A stretch of DNA of 64,000 bases from Eledone cirrhosa (lineage: Eukaryota), in the NCBI GenBank assembly GCA_964016885.1, contig OZ024765.1, positions 15,810,001 to 15,874,000 of the forward strand, in the 5' to 3' direction. Both the position numbers and the translations under genes were made by a program. Positions 40,846 through 61,122 of this stretch are shown here, in pieces. The stretch's first letter is position 1, and the number at the start of each line of letters is the position of its first letter. The notes under the pieces were generated by a model. The model worked only from the letters and a program-made list of their open reading frames with translations. It was not told the DNA's origin and did no database searches.

Positions 40846-41428
40846 ATCTAACGGGCAAAACCAACCGTAAGGTCACTGAGGGCTGGACACCCAACAAGAT
40901 CGTTGTATAACATCCATGATCTCTGCTGATCTCGCTCGAGGAAGGATAGTTTGAGGAGTCTGCAAGGAATAAAGTGGTGAAACAAGGAAGAAAGAAGATG
41001 ACACAGATGGCGGCGGAGGAGGAGAAGAAAGAAGAGAAGAGAAATGTGGAGGAGGAGGAGGAGAAGAAGCGCGGAAGACGAGGAAAATAGCTGTAAGGTG
41101 CCAAAAATTGTGAGGAAAAGGCGGGGGTTGTATTTTAGTTAGCTATAATGTGAAGATGTGACTAAAACATAGTCGTTATTCTGTAGTTAGTTGGAATATA
41201 AATTAAATTTCCGTATTCATTAGAGATTTCGCTAATTATTTATTTATTTCATGAAGAGTGAGACAAAGACCCCCCCCCCCAATAAAAAAGAAAGCACTAG
41301 ACAATAGTAGTAACAAAAGAATGAAACAATGTGTAATATATATTATATATATCTGTGTGTCTGTGTATGTATGTGTGTATATATATATAATATATATGTA
41401 CACACATGAGTGTCTGCGTATGTATATA

Positions 41429-41464
<36 letters not shown>

Positions 41465-41494
41465 CATATATATACATGTGTGTCTCTATAGGTA

Positions 41495-41560
<66 letters not shown>

Positions 41561-41994
41561 TGTGTCTCTATATGTATGTGTATATATATATATATATATA
41601 TGTGTGTGTATTTATATATATATATATATATGTCTGTGTGTATATATATGTGTGTGTCTGTATGTATATATACGTGTGTCTGTGTATGTATGTGTATATA
41701 TGTATATATGTATATATATCAGTGAGTTTATATATATATGTATGCGTGTTTGTGTGTGCGCGTCTCTGTCTACGTGTGTTTGAACGAGAGAGAGACAGAG
41801 AAAGAGAGAGATAGCGAGAGAGAGAAAGAGAAAGATAGCAGGTGTCCTAAATCTACATATTTTCATTAGTTTTATTTTATTATTATCTTCATTTACATCT
41901 CATTTTCTCTATTCCCCTCTCTTTCTCTTTCTATCATTGTTTACTATTCCCCTCTCTTTCTCTTTCCATCATTGTTTACTAAAATATACCTTAA

Positions 41995-42612
41995 TAATTG
42001 TTTCTACGTTTGGCACAAGGCCAGCAATTACCCAGTGCATTACTGGTACTTTATTTTATCGACCCCGTAAGGATGAAAGGCAAAGTTAGTTCGTAAAGAA
42101 GTGTATGTATGTCACCGAAGTCAACTCTGCGCTTTAAGTATTTAAGGTCGATTAATAAAGTGCCAGTGTAGTAATGGGGTCGATTCTTCCTCTATATCCC
42201 TCCCTCATTTCGTATCCTTCTCTGGGAGAAATCTGCTGCATTCAGACCCAGAGACGGTATGAGCTCCACCAGGTTTTAAAATGCCCTAGAAACATCATAT
42301 GTCACTACGAAGCCCCTATAATTGCTTCAGAAGTTATGGGTCCATACATATATATACATATATATTTCAGTTTCTTAATAGGTGAAGATTTAAATGTTTT
42401 AATACAACCTGGAGTTACGCCGTTCTCTAAATAAGGGACGCTTTTTAGTATAATCGTTAAGGTGGTCCTCTCAGAGAAATCAATGCCTCTGGGAGAAATC
42501 TGCTGCATTCAGAACCGGAGTTGAGATTGGTTCTACCAGTGCATTACTGGTACTTTATTTTATCGACCCCCGTAAGGATGAAAGGCAAAGTCAACCTCGG
42601 CGGCATTTGAAC
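41995..42612. mobile_element. Cluster of SINE fragments (41995-42088 minus, ~42110-42200 plus, 42535-42612 minus)
   Basis: Central-domain and tail matches to the SINE at 1592. Confidence 0.75.
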
Positions 42613-43207
42613 GATATCCCAAAGGAATCGTAAAAATTCACAGTTCACTAAATTATTCAATTCATTAAAAGAGAAGATATATATGTATTTCATTTAGAAA
42701 TGATTTCAACAGGACTAAAACAGTTTCGGTTGGGATCACCAGCAATTAAATGAATAGAAGACGACTGATTTTCAGCCACCTTAAATTGATTTATGTTCAT
42801 CCATTGACGTTTACTCGTACTACACTTCATATTAAAATACACCATCAATACTACTCTATACCTTAATGTATATCACCATATATCTTACGTTCCACCATAT
42901 AATACAATACTTCTGCTATAGCCTAAGAACTATAGCGAGTGTATCATCTCGCTTTACAATGTTATATCCTGGAGTTATTTCCCCTTGTTATAATACGTCT
43001 TTCGTAAATTAACGTTTAAATATATCTTATGAATTTGTATAAGTACATGAAGTTAGGTTGGTTACAATTTTGATCCCTCTTAAATTCTGGAGAGGATCAA
43101 AATTGGGGCTTGAAACCCTTCGTAGCGCATTTATTCAGGGCATGAACATAAATAAATATCATATCTATCTATTTGTCTTTCTATCTATCTACATATCTAT
43201 CCATCCA

Positions 43208-50520
<7,313 letters not shown>

Positions 50521-50692
50521 TCAACTTATATCACCTCCACCACTCTGTACGTCTGCTGTGTTTAACCAGATTCATTAAGTCTCAACTCGTCACTGTAACA
50601 ACCAAGTTTTTACATCAACTTATATTTTTTTTTACCTTCCTTACAACACTTTGTACTTATTTATTTATCAACTACTAATGTAGTAGTAGTAA

Positions 50693-50726
<34 letters not shown>

Positions 50727-50812
50727 AGTAGTAGTTGTTGTTGTTGTGGGTGTTGTTGCTCTTATTTGGTGGGTGCATTATTTTTCACATATCTATCTAT
50801 CAATCTATATAA

Positions 50813-50860
<48 letters not shown>

Positions 50861-51134
50861 TTACATATTTATATACTTTAAATTATGTCCATAGAATCAT
50901 TTGATACGATATATACACTATTTCCTCTCCCAATCAGCATAATCAATCACACAATAAACCAATAAGACCAGGCTATGAGATTAAAAGGCACCTATGAAGG
51001 AATAATAGATAAATAAACGACAGCCATCTATTCGCGTTCAACAGCTATATAATATTTACCCAGCATTTCAATAGCACGTGGAAATCAATTAAATATATCG
51101 TCAACCATACACAATTAGGTATAAAATTAAAGTT

Positions 51135-52310
51135 AGAAGAAACATGTCCCGCATGTGCAACCCCGACGAACTAGAGAGACACATACAACACTTCATCCAC
51201 CGTATGCAGTTCTCCGGTTACAATCAGAGAGATAAAATCAGAGTATATAGAGGACCCAGAACCAAATGGGAAAACATGGTAAATAATGACACAAATGGGT
51301 CTTGCCCCTTGTATAGGAGCAAATTTTGGAATAGAATAGAAAGAACTAGGAATAAGGCTAATAGAATAAACTCATGGTATGATAGCAATAAATACTAGAG
51401 TGTAATGTTCATCGATGCAACCCCTAGAGGTGAATTAGCTTACACATTTAGAAGGGCCTTAGATAAACATAAACTCAATATTAAGATAGTAGAAAGACCA
51501 GGTACCTCCATAAAAACACTTATTAGCAAGACATACCCTTTTCAAAGACATCCCTGTATAGATAAGACATTTATAATCTGTAAATTAAGCCCCCATATTA
51601 ACTGTAAAACTAGAAATGTAGTATATAGCATAAGATGTACTGAAGGACAATGTAGAGATAAAAATATAGTGTACATGGGCGAGACAGCTCGTAGTATAGG
51701 GGAACGGATAAATGAACACTGGCGAGACTTCAAGATAGTAAAGAATCATCTGTACTCTACCAATATGCTAAAATAGAACATAAGGGTACATTAGAGAACA
51801 TAAAAATAGAATCTACACAGAAAAGACGCAAGGTTTAGACAAATCACAGAGGCAATAAACATAAATGAATTACAACCAAAATTAAATAGAAAACATGAGT
51901 GGAACAGCAACATCACAACTTACAATTAAGGACAAAATGAAAACACACACGCACATAGAACAAACAACCAACCAGTAACATGTAAATAAACAAATAAATA
52001 AACGGATATAAACACAGACAGACACACGGATGTAACACATGCGCAAACTAAGCACACAAAAACAAGCTGGCGTAGGACAGAACAAAGGAGAGGCACAAAA
52101 AAAACAAAGAAAAGAACCCCCAGTCACTGAAGAGGTCACATAATGTGTGACGAAAGAACTTTGACAATATATAAACGACCATCTGGTTGTGCAACCAACC
52201 AAAAAATCGGAAATTTATAAATTCCTAAATTTATAAATGTATTATAATAAATTGAAGTGAAAGCAACTGGTGCGTGTGTTTCTTATAGGCAACATGACCC
52301 TCCCAAAGTA

Positions 52311-52315
<5 letters not shown>
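51135..52315 (+). mobile_element. 5'-truncated, decayed Penelope-like retroelement: post-RT linker, Cys motif, GIY-YIG endonuclease, 3' pseudo-LTR
   Basis: RMQFSGY...PLYRSKFW...SWY...FIDATP...KIVERPG...NCKTRNVVYSIRC...YMGETARSIGERINEH, then RQITEAINI...LNRKHEWN after frameshifts. In-frame TAG at 51396. Ends in (TA)n. Confidence 0.9.
52123..52165 (+). ncRNA. Minimal type I hammerhead in the Penelope pLTR (family C)
   Basis: GTCA-CTGAAGA-G-GTCACA/TGTGAC-GAAA-GAAC-TT-TGAC. Confidence 0.75.
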
Positions 52316-52362
<47 letters not shown>

Positions 52363-52363
52363 A

Positions 52364-52397
<34 letters not shown>

Positions 52398-52646
52398 ACA
52401 TTTCCATGGGTACCTAGTACCTACTGTGATATCTATATCATTTATCTAATTCTCCTTAAGGTAGAGAAACATATATGCTGTATCATGCTGCTATTTCTAG
52501 CAGCACGATATATCAGGGAGTCTATAAATCCCGCTTTTTCTAACAGTCCAATAAGTGTGTGGGTCATTTTAACGGCTTGATTCATTCACTGGTCAGAGGG
52601 TGATATATCTGCATCTATACGGACTTATGTCTAGTAGATTTGGAAA

Positions 52647-52728
52647 TGCTATCTGAAGAGCTATATCTTTCCATTGGAAATTCTCTGAATTTCCAATTTT
52701 TTGATAAGCGAAACCGCCGGTCATAGCA
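52647..52728 (+). ncRNA. Canonical type I hammerhead ribozyme with long stem II
   Basis: TGCTAT-CTGAAGA-GCT..ATTGGAAATTC-TCT-GAATTTCCAAT..AGC-GAAA-CCGCCGG-TC-ATAGCA. Confidence 0.88.
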
Positions 52729-52833
52729 CTAGCAGAGGTATATATTTAAATCGTATTTTAATTTATTTAAAAGGTTCTTTAATGTTTGCTTGTTCCACTC
52801 ATATATATATATATATATGTATATAAACATGTA

Positions 52834-52891
<58 letters not shown>

Positions 52892-52894
52892 TAC

Positions 52895-52951
<57 letters not shown>

Positions 52952-53455
52952 AATATATATATACATGTATGAATATATATATACATGTATGAATATATGT
53001 ATATACATGTATGAATATATGTATATACATGTATATATATATATACTTATATATATGTATATATACTTATATATATATACATATATATATAGTTATATAT
53101 ATATATGTATATATACTTATATATATATAGTTATATATATATATGTATATATACTTATATATATATAGTTATATATATATTTATATATATGCTTATATAT
53201 ATATATATATATATATATGAAACATCATCTGTGGTACATAATAGTACCACTGATGATGTATCAGATGTGTGACGAAAAAACGTTGATAGACTGTATATGA
53301 TAAACATTTATTGCCAGATAAATTAACTATGGATATATAAAAGATACATAAGCGAAAACTAACCAAACTAAACTGTTGGTGTTTATTATTATTATCTCTG
53401 ACAACATTATAACAATAGTACCGTCCGCAAGCATAACAATATATATATATATATA

Positions 53456-53655
53456 TGGAAAATGTTTTACCCCGACGACAGAGCTCAAGCCGTTTCGATG
53501 GCTATTTCTGGAATAGTCCAGAAATAGCCGTTGAAATGGCGTGAGATGTGCCGTCAGGGTCAACCATTTCCCTATTATCCACTCTACTACCCTAAGTATT
53601 GAGTACGCTGGTGCGTTATGGTCCACCTGGTTCCTTACCACATCTCCTTCGTTAT
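53456..53655 (+). mobile_element. Family A fold-back element (older)
   Basis: Arms around CTGGAATAGTCCAG, followed by the family tail. Confidence 0.85.
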
Positions 53656-53866
53656 ATATATTTTTTTACTTGTGATGTTTTGTTTGTGCTTTTTACTTAT
53701 ACCTATTACACTTCCAACCAGTGCTGCCTGTAGTTGTGTCCTTTCAAGCATAACATCTTTTTAAATCCTCTCTCTCCACATGATGCCTTTGACACTAATA
53801 ACAACTATGTACCCTAAATGTTCTAAATGACTAGGATTCTAGTTACACGTTTTCGACATTCCTCAT

Positions 53867-53911
53867 GATCCGATGAAACCAGACTTCTGCCTTGAAGAAA
53901 CAATTGTCAGC
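53867..53911 (+). ncRNA. Degenerate U4C-type hammerhead
   Basis: CCGATGA...GAAA-CAATTG-TC-AGC-t-AATAAA. Homologous to 1111-1161. Confidence 0.45.
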
Positions 53912-53954
53912 TAATAAATGTTCTAAACTAAAATTTGATCGTTTTAACACTTTG

Positions 53955-53998
<44 letters not shown>

Positions 53999-54421
53999 TT
54001 AAGTTAATACATAAGTATTAATAAAATAGATGTTCTTTTGATCAATTACATGTTATTATACATATTTCTGATGTACAACATGACATACCTTGCGATATTA
54101 AATGGTTATATAAATATTCCTCCCGTTAGACCTGTGCGAAATTCCTTCCTTGCTCACATTTCAACCAGGTTTGATGGTCTTTATTCTCTCTCGTTCACGA
54201 TTTCACAGAATTTAAATTCATAGAAATTTGAGACTTGACTCCTTCTTCCTCACTTTTCGTTGCTTCACCACTTTTGTTTGTTTACACTCGTGTCCCCTTT
54301 ATTTACGTGTCCCAACGACTTTTTTTAGCCGTTGCTCGCACCAACCGGAGGTATATGGTCTTTAAAGCGATGAAATACCAATGATGGTTGGAAGATCACT
54401 GATGAAGGACTAACTTTATTC

Positions 54422-54474
<53 letters not shown>

Positions 54475-54726
54475 TCATATATATGAAATTTTGCATTTGA
54501 ACACCAAGGTATTTGAACGTTGGACTTAAAAATTCCGGCCCGAAATTGCACAATCAATTTCATTGGACGCTCTGCAGATTGTACTGATCCACGCACCCTC
54601 ACCTTACGTTGATATTAATGACGATGTTTGCTGCGTTAAATAACGACGCTTATTTCACCGTCGTTTCATCTGTAGCCGCCCATTAGATTTTCGTATGGTT
54701 TCAAGTATAGCCATTAAAATTTCTTT

Positions 54727-55165
54727 ATAGTCAAATCAAGTATCTCTGTGGTTCCACTGAATTTACTGTCATAATTGCTGTTTTTTGCCAGATATTTCAC
54801 ACACACACTCACACCTATTTTACACACACACACGCACACGCACACGCACAAACACGCACACACACACATGTATATATATATATATATATATATATATGCA
54901 TATATGTGATATCCCAGGTTGAATCAGGGGTTACCGCAGTAATATAGTCAAATCAAGTATTTCTGTGGTTCCACTGAATTCACTGTCATAATTGCTGTTT
55001 TTTGCCAGATATTTCACACACACACTCACCCCTCTTTTACGTACTCGAACCCTCACACACACACACACACACACACACGCAAACACGCACACACACAAAT
55101 GTGTGTATATATATATATATATGCATATATGTTATATTCCAGGTTGAATCAGGGGTTACCACAGT
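54727..55165. repeat. Local tandem duplication (~217 bp) ending in the family B terminus
   Basis: ATAGTCAAATCAAGTAT...GCCAGATATTTCACAC and CCAGGTTGAATCAGGGGTTACC each occur twice. Confidence 0.85.
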
Positions 55166-55318
55166 AACTAACGTACTCAATACATAGCAGAGTGTAAATA
55201 TTTAATATAGAAATGGCTTCTACAGGACCACAACCGTTTCTTTCAGAGGAAATCATGAGGGAAGCCCTGGTGATTTGGTCCTGAAACAGATCTAGACCTC
55301 TAGATTAACCCCTATATT

Positions 55319-55405
<87 letters not shown>

Positions 55406-55575
55406 CCCTGGGTCAATCGGCGGTAGCCACCGTAAGTGAAGTACTCAAAACATTAGTAGAGTATAAATAACATTTAATATTGAAATGGCTTCTACAAGAC
55501 TAGAAACGTTTCACTCGACATATCACCAGGAAAGTCTTTCTTGATGATTTGTTTCGAATGAAACTGTTCCAAAGT
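55138..55575 (-). mobile_element. Two older family B copies with mutated hammerhead cores
   Basis: GGCTTCTACAGGAC...TTTC motif at about 55215 and 55487. Cores read CTCATGA and CTGGTGA/TTGATGA. Confidence 0.7.
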
Positions 55576-56702
55576 AAAGGCAAAGAGCGGATTTCCCCTA
55601 CCATCCTCCCGGGAAACACCTTCTCCTTCTGTCCACGGGGGAGGGGGCCACTACGTGGGACCCCATTTGCTCACCATAGAGAGAGCTGGTGTGGGCGAGA
55701 GAGAATATCCTTGTGGTTGGGTTTATTATCTATATAGAAAATTATTTCTTCTGACCTCTCTTTCTATATATTAGATTCCATTTTAGACACACCCTTTTTC
55801 TCAACAATATAGATGAACTACCAGGAATTTACTTTGATTCCTTGTGATATGTGTTGTCGCTCAACCAACCAATTACTTCGTAACGTCTCTCCCTATTTTG
55901 ATTCTTGGATTTAGAGAAAATGGCAGAGCATGAAAGCTCGATTCCGAGACAAGCTGAATCTATATATAAATTTGAGAAACTTCCGTCCGTCCTTCCTTTA
56001 CACACTAGAGATGATTGAGTAAATAGGGACCAGTGTAATATTTCCTTACATGGAAATACGGATTAGAAGCAAGGTTGACCTATGAGGATCACCGGATTGG
56101 GGTCTGTGATTTACCTGGATATTATGGGCCGAGTCCTGGAACAGGGCACTTGACAGTATTTTGACAAGCATATTGTGTGAGGATTTTGTGTCAGGAAATG
56201 ATCAAGGTAGCACAGAGTACGTAAGAAGGGGGAGGAGCAGGAACGGAGGGGAAGAAGCAGAATAGGGAGGAGAGGGAGGAGTAGGATGGGGAGAGAGGGG
56301 GAAAGCAGCATAGGAAGGAAGAAATGGAGAAGGATGAGTTGAAGTAGAAGAAGAAGGGGAAGGGGAAGAAAGAAGGTGCTGATGGTGCTTAAAACACTTG
56401 GAGTAGGTGATCCATTTTTGATCGACCATCTAATGAGAAACATGTGGGAAGTCTGTTGCATATTTTAAGACAGGTGATCGGTTATTGATTACTGCCCCTC
56501 CTCTCCCCTCCCTCACCCCCTTAAGATATATATGGGAATATGGGAGAAAGCTACTGCAGAGTATTGGACAGGTGATCGATTACAAATTCTTCCCACTCTT
56601 AATAGCTATTATAATAAGAGCTCTGTTGGAGATCGGGAAGCAGGTGATCGGTTATCGATCTTGATTTTCTTACGAGAAGTATATCTCTAGGTAAATCTCT
56701 GC

Positions 56703-57375
56703 CGAAGAAGAAGAAGAAGAAGAAGAAGAAGAAGAAGAAACCAAAAAGAAGGCAAAGAAGAAGAAGAGTGCAAAGAAGAATGCAGAGAAGAAGATGCTAT
56801 GAAAAAGAATGCAAAGAAGAAGAATGCAAAGAAGAAGAATGCAGAGAAGAAGAATGCAAAGAAAAAGAATGCAAAGAAGAAGAATGCAAAGAAAAAGAAT
56901 GCAGAGAAGAAGAATGCAAAGAAAAAGAATGCAAAGAAGAAGAATGCAAAGAAAAAGAATGCAAAGAAGAAGAATGCAAAGAAAAAGAATGCAGAGAAGA
57001 AGAATGCAAAGAAAAAGAATGCAAAGAAGAAGAATGCAAAGAAAAAGAATGCAGAGAAGAAGAATGCAAAGAAAAAGAATGCAGAGAAGAAGATGCTATG
57101 AAAAAGAATGCAAAGAAGAAGAATGCAAAGAAGAAGAATGCAAAGAAAAAGAATGCAAAGAAGAAGAATGCAAAGAAAAAGAATGCAGAGAAGAAGAACG
57201 CAGAGAAGAAGAATGCAAAGAAAAAGGAGAAGAATACAAAGAAGGCGAAGAAGAAAAAGAACAAGATAGAAGAAAATGAAGAAGGCGAAGAAGAAGAAGA
57301 AGGCGAAGAAGAAGGCGAAGAAGAAGAAGAAGCAGCAGCAGAAGAATAAGAAGAATAAGAAGGAGAATAAGAAGA
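56703..57375. repeat. Purine-rich 15-bp minisatellite (GAAGAAGAATGCAAA)n with (GAA)n flanks
   Basis: Visible tandem unit. Confidence 0.95.
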
Positions 57376-57489
57376 AGCTATGACTGGTGCAAGAGTTGTA
57401 GAGGTGTCTTAGCAAGATTGAAAGCTATTAGAAATCTGCTGGAGATTCAACTGTTGATTATATCCGAGTACATTAACCACTTCTCTCTT

Positions 57490-58300
57490 GGTCTCTCTCA
57501 CTCTCTCTCTCTATAGTATAACTCTGTCTTTTTCACCCTCTCTTTCTATAGTATAACTCTCTCCCACTTTCTGACACACAAACTCTCTCTCTTTCACTCT
57601 CTATAGTATAACTCTCTCTTTCTCACCCTCTTTTTCTATAGTATAACTCTCTCTCACTTTCTGACACACAAACTCTCTCTCTCACTCTCTCTCTCTATAG
57701 TATAACTCTCTCACTCTCTATAGTATAACTCTCTCTCTCTCTCTCGCCGCCTCTCCCACTTTCTGACACACAAACTCTCTCTCTTTCTCACCCTCTCTTT
57801 CTAAAGTATAACTCTCTCTCGCCACCTCTCCCACTTTCTGACACACAAACTCTCTCGCTCTCACCCTCTCTTTCTATAGTATACCTCTCTCTCTCTCTCG
57901 CCGCCTCTCTCACTTTCTGACACACAAACTCTCTCTCTCTATAGCATACCTCTCTCTCTCTCTCTCGCCACCTCTCCCACATTCTGACACACAGAGACAC
58001 TCTCTCTCTCTCTCTCTCTCGCTCTCTCTCTCTCTAGTATAACACACACTCTCTCTCTCACCCGCCACCTCTCCCACTTTCTGACACACAAATTCTCTCT
58101 CACTCACTCACTCTTTCTCTATATATAGTATAACTCTCTCTCTCTCTCTCTCTCTCTCCACCTCTCTCACTTCTGAAACAAATTCTCTCTCTATATATAG
58201 TATAACTCTCTCTCTCTCTCTCCACTTTTCTCACTTTCTGACACACACATTATCTCTCTCTCACTCTCTCTCTCTATAGTATTACTGTCTCTCTATTTGC
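57490..58300. repeat. Compound (CT)n minisatellite with CTATAGTATAACT and CACTTTCTGACACACAAA motifs
   Basis: Motifs recur every 40-90 bp. Confidence 0.85.
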
Positions 58301-58510
58301 GTCTTTCTCGCTGACTCTCTCTTATTCTCACTATATAACTATCTATCTATCTCTCTCTCTCCTATCTATCTTTCTCTCTCTCTCTTTGGGTCTTTCTCGG
58401 CACCTCTCTCTCACTGTAGAGTTCTGTCCCTCCACCTCATTTTCTCCATCTCCCTCTCTCAATATTTCATTTCCCTCTCATACGTCACATACATGCACAC
58501 ACACACAGTA

Positions 58511-58550
<40 letters not shown>

Positions 58551-58677
58551 ATATATATGTATCTCTCTCTCTATATATATATATATGAATTTATGTATGT
58601 ATGTATGTATATGTGTGTATATATATATGTATCTATCTATATATATATATATATGAATTTATGTATGTATATAAATG

Positions 58678-58709
<32 letters not shown>

Positions 58710-58813
58710 AATATATATATATATAAATATATATATACACCCACACATATACATACATACACACACACACACACGGACCCCCCCCCCACACACACCCACA
58801 CACACATATAAAT

Positions 58814-58848
<35 letters not shown>

Positions 58849-59521
58849 ATATAGAAGAATTAACGGAAACCAACGAAAAACCATTTAAAGATAATGTTTA
58901 AAAAAACAATTTACAATGCGTTTATATGGACCTGCATTAAGGTTGAAAACTGTTATAGAATAACGTATATATTGATTCTGGCATAGCATATATATACATA
59001 TATACACATGTATACACCCGCACATAGGCAGTTACCGACGCCCACAGACCGCCTCCGTGGTATTTTCTTCGGGGTTATAAGAGGCTTAGCTCTGTTTCTC
59101 GACCGTTATATCGCGTGACTATCTCCCCCTCCGCCTTTTGGGATTCTTTCTCACGTCGTGTAGACGCGTACTTGAGACTAGTAAAATGAGGTATCCTCTT
59201 GATAAGTCGGCAGACCTCGCAAGGACTCTATATCTTTATGATATATTGTTTTTGTTTATGCCACGAAACTACGTAGTCGAGGAATTTAGGAGCAGTTTAG
59301 GTATGATACATTTTATTAGTAATTATATCTAAATGCTTCTTCTCTCTTCATAATGTATATATATATATATATAGATTTTGAGTATATGTTGGTTGTATAC
59401 CAACACCTCAGTATGCAGGCTGGAGCACTCGACGAAGTGCGCAGGTTGGTTTGGTTACTCCGGAGTAGTGTAAAATAAAGTTAAATAAAAGTCAAATGAT
59501 TAAAATTTAGCTTCGTTTATA

Positions 59522-59575
59522 ACTGATATATATATTTCAGTGACAGCCATCTTTGGCTGTGACCTCTTCAGACAT
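59522..59575 (-). ncRNA. Type I hammerhead motif (weak stem I)
   Basis: CTGAAGA-GGTCACAGCC/GGCTGTCACT-GAAA-TATATATA-TC. Confidence 0.6.
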
Positions 59576-59658
59576 ATGACATGACTCCAGTTCCTCAGTG
59601 AATTAACAACCCAACAAGGAACTGGGCATATCAGAGTATTGACAATATTATACACCTA

Positions 59659-59693
<35 letters not shown>

Positions 59694-59814
59694 AATGTGT
59701 ACACTCTCACATACTCACATACAGACGCCAACAAGCATACGCACACTCATATAATTATATATATATATATACACACATACATACAGGCGCCAAGCATACA
59801 CACACTTATATACA

Positions 59815-59898
<84 letters not shown>

Positions 59899-59903
59899 GA
59901 GAG

Positions 59904-60237
59904 ATAGTCCAGAAATAGGGGTTGAAACGGCTTGAGCTCTGCCATCGTGTTCATACTTTTTCCTATTTCCCAATCTACTACCCTAAGTATTGAGTACTCT
60001 GGTGCGTTATGGTTCCTTACCACAATTGCATTGTTATATATATATATTTATTAAAATAACAGATTAAACTGTAAGCAAAGAATCGTTGCTTTCTCCCTTA
60101 ACGGGATCTTCTTTGCTTAAACATTAATCTGTTATTTTAATAAATATTTGCTCTACGGTTCTTATATATTTGATATATATTTATCCTTATCGAGCCCTCT
60201 TTGGATTTTAGTATTCAAATTTATTATTATTACTATA

Positions 60238-60269
<32 letters not shown>

Positions 60270-60461
60270 GGAACGAGTAGGACCCCGACGGCTGAGGTCA
60301 AGCCGTTTCGACGGCTAATTCTGGACAGACAGAATTAGCCGTCGAAACGGCTTGAGCTCAGCCGTCGGGGTCCTACTCGTACCTATTACCCACTCTACGA
60401 CCCTAAGTATTGAGTACTTTTGTCCGTTAAGGTCCACCTGGTTCCTTACCACATTTCCTCC

Positions 60462-60501
<40 letters not shown>

Positions 60502-60645
60502 TAACAGATTAACGTATAAGCAAAGAATCGCTGCTTTCACCCTTAGCGGAATCTTCTTAAACTCTAGGGTTCTCATATATTTGATATATATATTATCCTT
60601 ATCGAGCCCTCTTTGGATTTTTGTCTTCACATGTATTATTATTAA
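59904..60645 (+). mobile_element. Stack of TA-separated elements: family A, E, A (fold-back), E
   Basis: 59904-60035, 60050-60235, 60269-60465 and 60496-60645, each bounded by (TA)n or (GA)n. Confidence 0.85.
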
Positions 60646-60671
60646 TATATATATATATATATGTATATATA

Positions 60672-60961
60672 TGCAAAAGTTTTATTTAAAATTGTTGGGT
60701 TACAACGAGTAAATATTTTATAACTGATATAAAGCACTCAACAAGTTTTGGAGTAGATATACGATATTAAACAAATGGAAACTATATTTATAAAACCATA
60801 TTTATTTCATTATACATATTTCAGTGATACCATATTAAAACTGCTTATATATTGTATTTTATCTGAAGAAGGCATGCCATATTTTTTAATATGGTATCCC
60901 TGAAATATGTATAATGAAATAAATATGGTTTTATAAATATAGTTTCCATTTGTTTAATATC

Positions 60962-60963
<2 letters not shown>
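60672..60963 (-). mobile_element. Family H fold-back element, hammerhead at 60855-60921 (plus)
   Basis: TATTTTAT-CTGAAGA-AGGCATGCCATATT/AATATGGTATCCCT-GAAA-TATGTA-TA-ATGAAATA. The opposite arm stops in the stem II loop (about 60840). Confidence 0.85.
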
Positions 60964-61001
<38 letters not shown>

Positions 61002-61074
61002 GTATATATATATACACATATATATATTAACACACTCTCACATACACACATACAGACGCCAACAAGCATCCATA

Positions 61075-61120
<46 letters not shown>

Positions 61121-61122
<2 letters not shown>

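Noticed and set aside
51396-51398. In-frame stop in the Penelope ORF as possible selenocysteine recoding
   Set aside because: The codon is TAG, not TGA, and the ORF also has downstream frameshifts, so this is simple decay.
56687-57415. KKNAK / KEEEC / MQRRR repeat ORFs
   Set aside because: 15-bp minisatellite open in several frames on both strands, with no coding signature.
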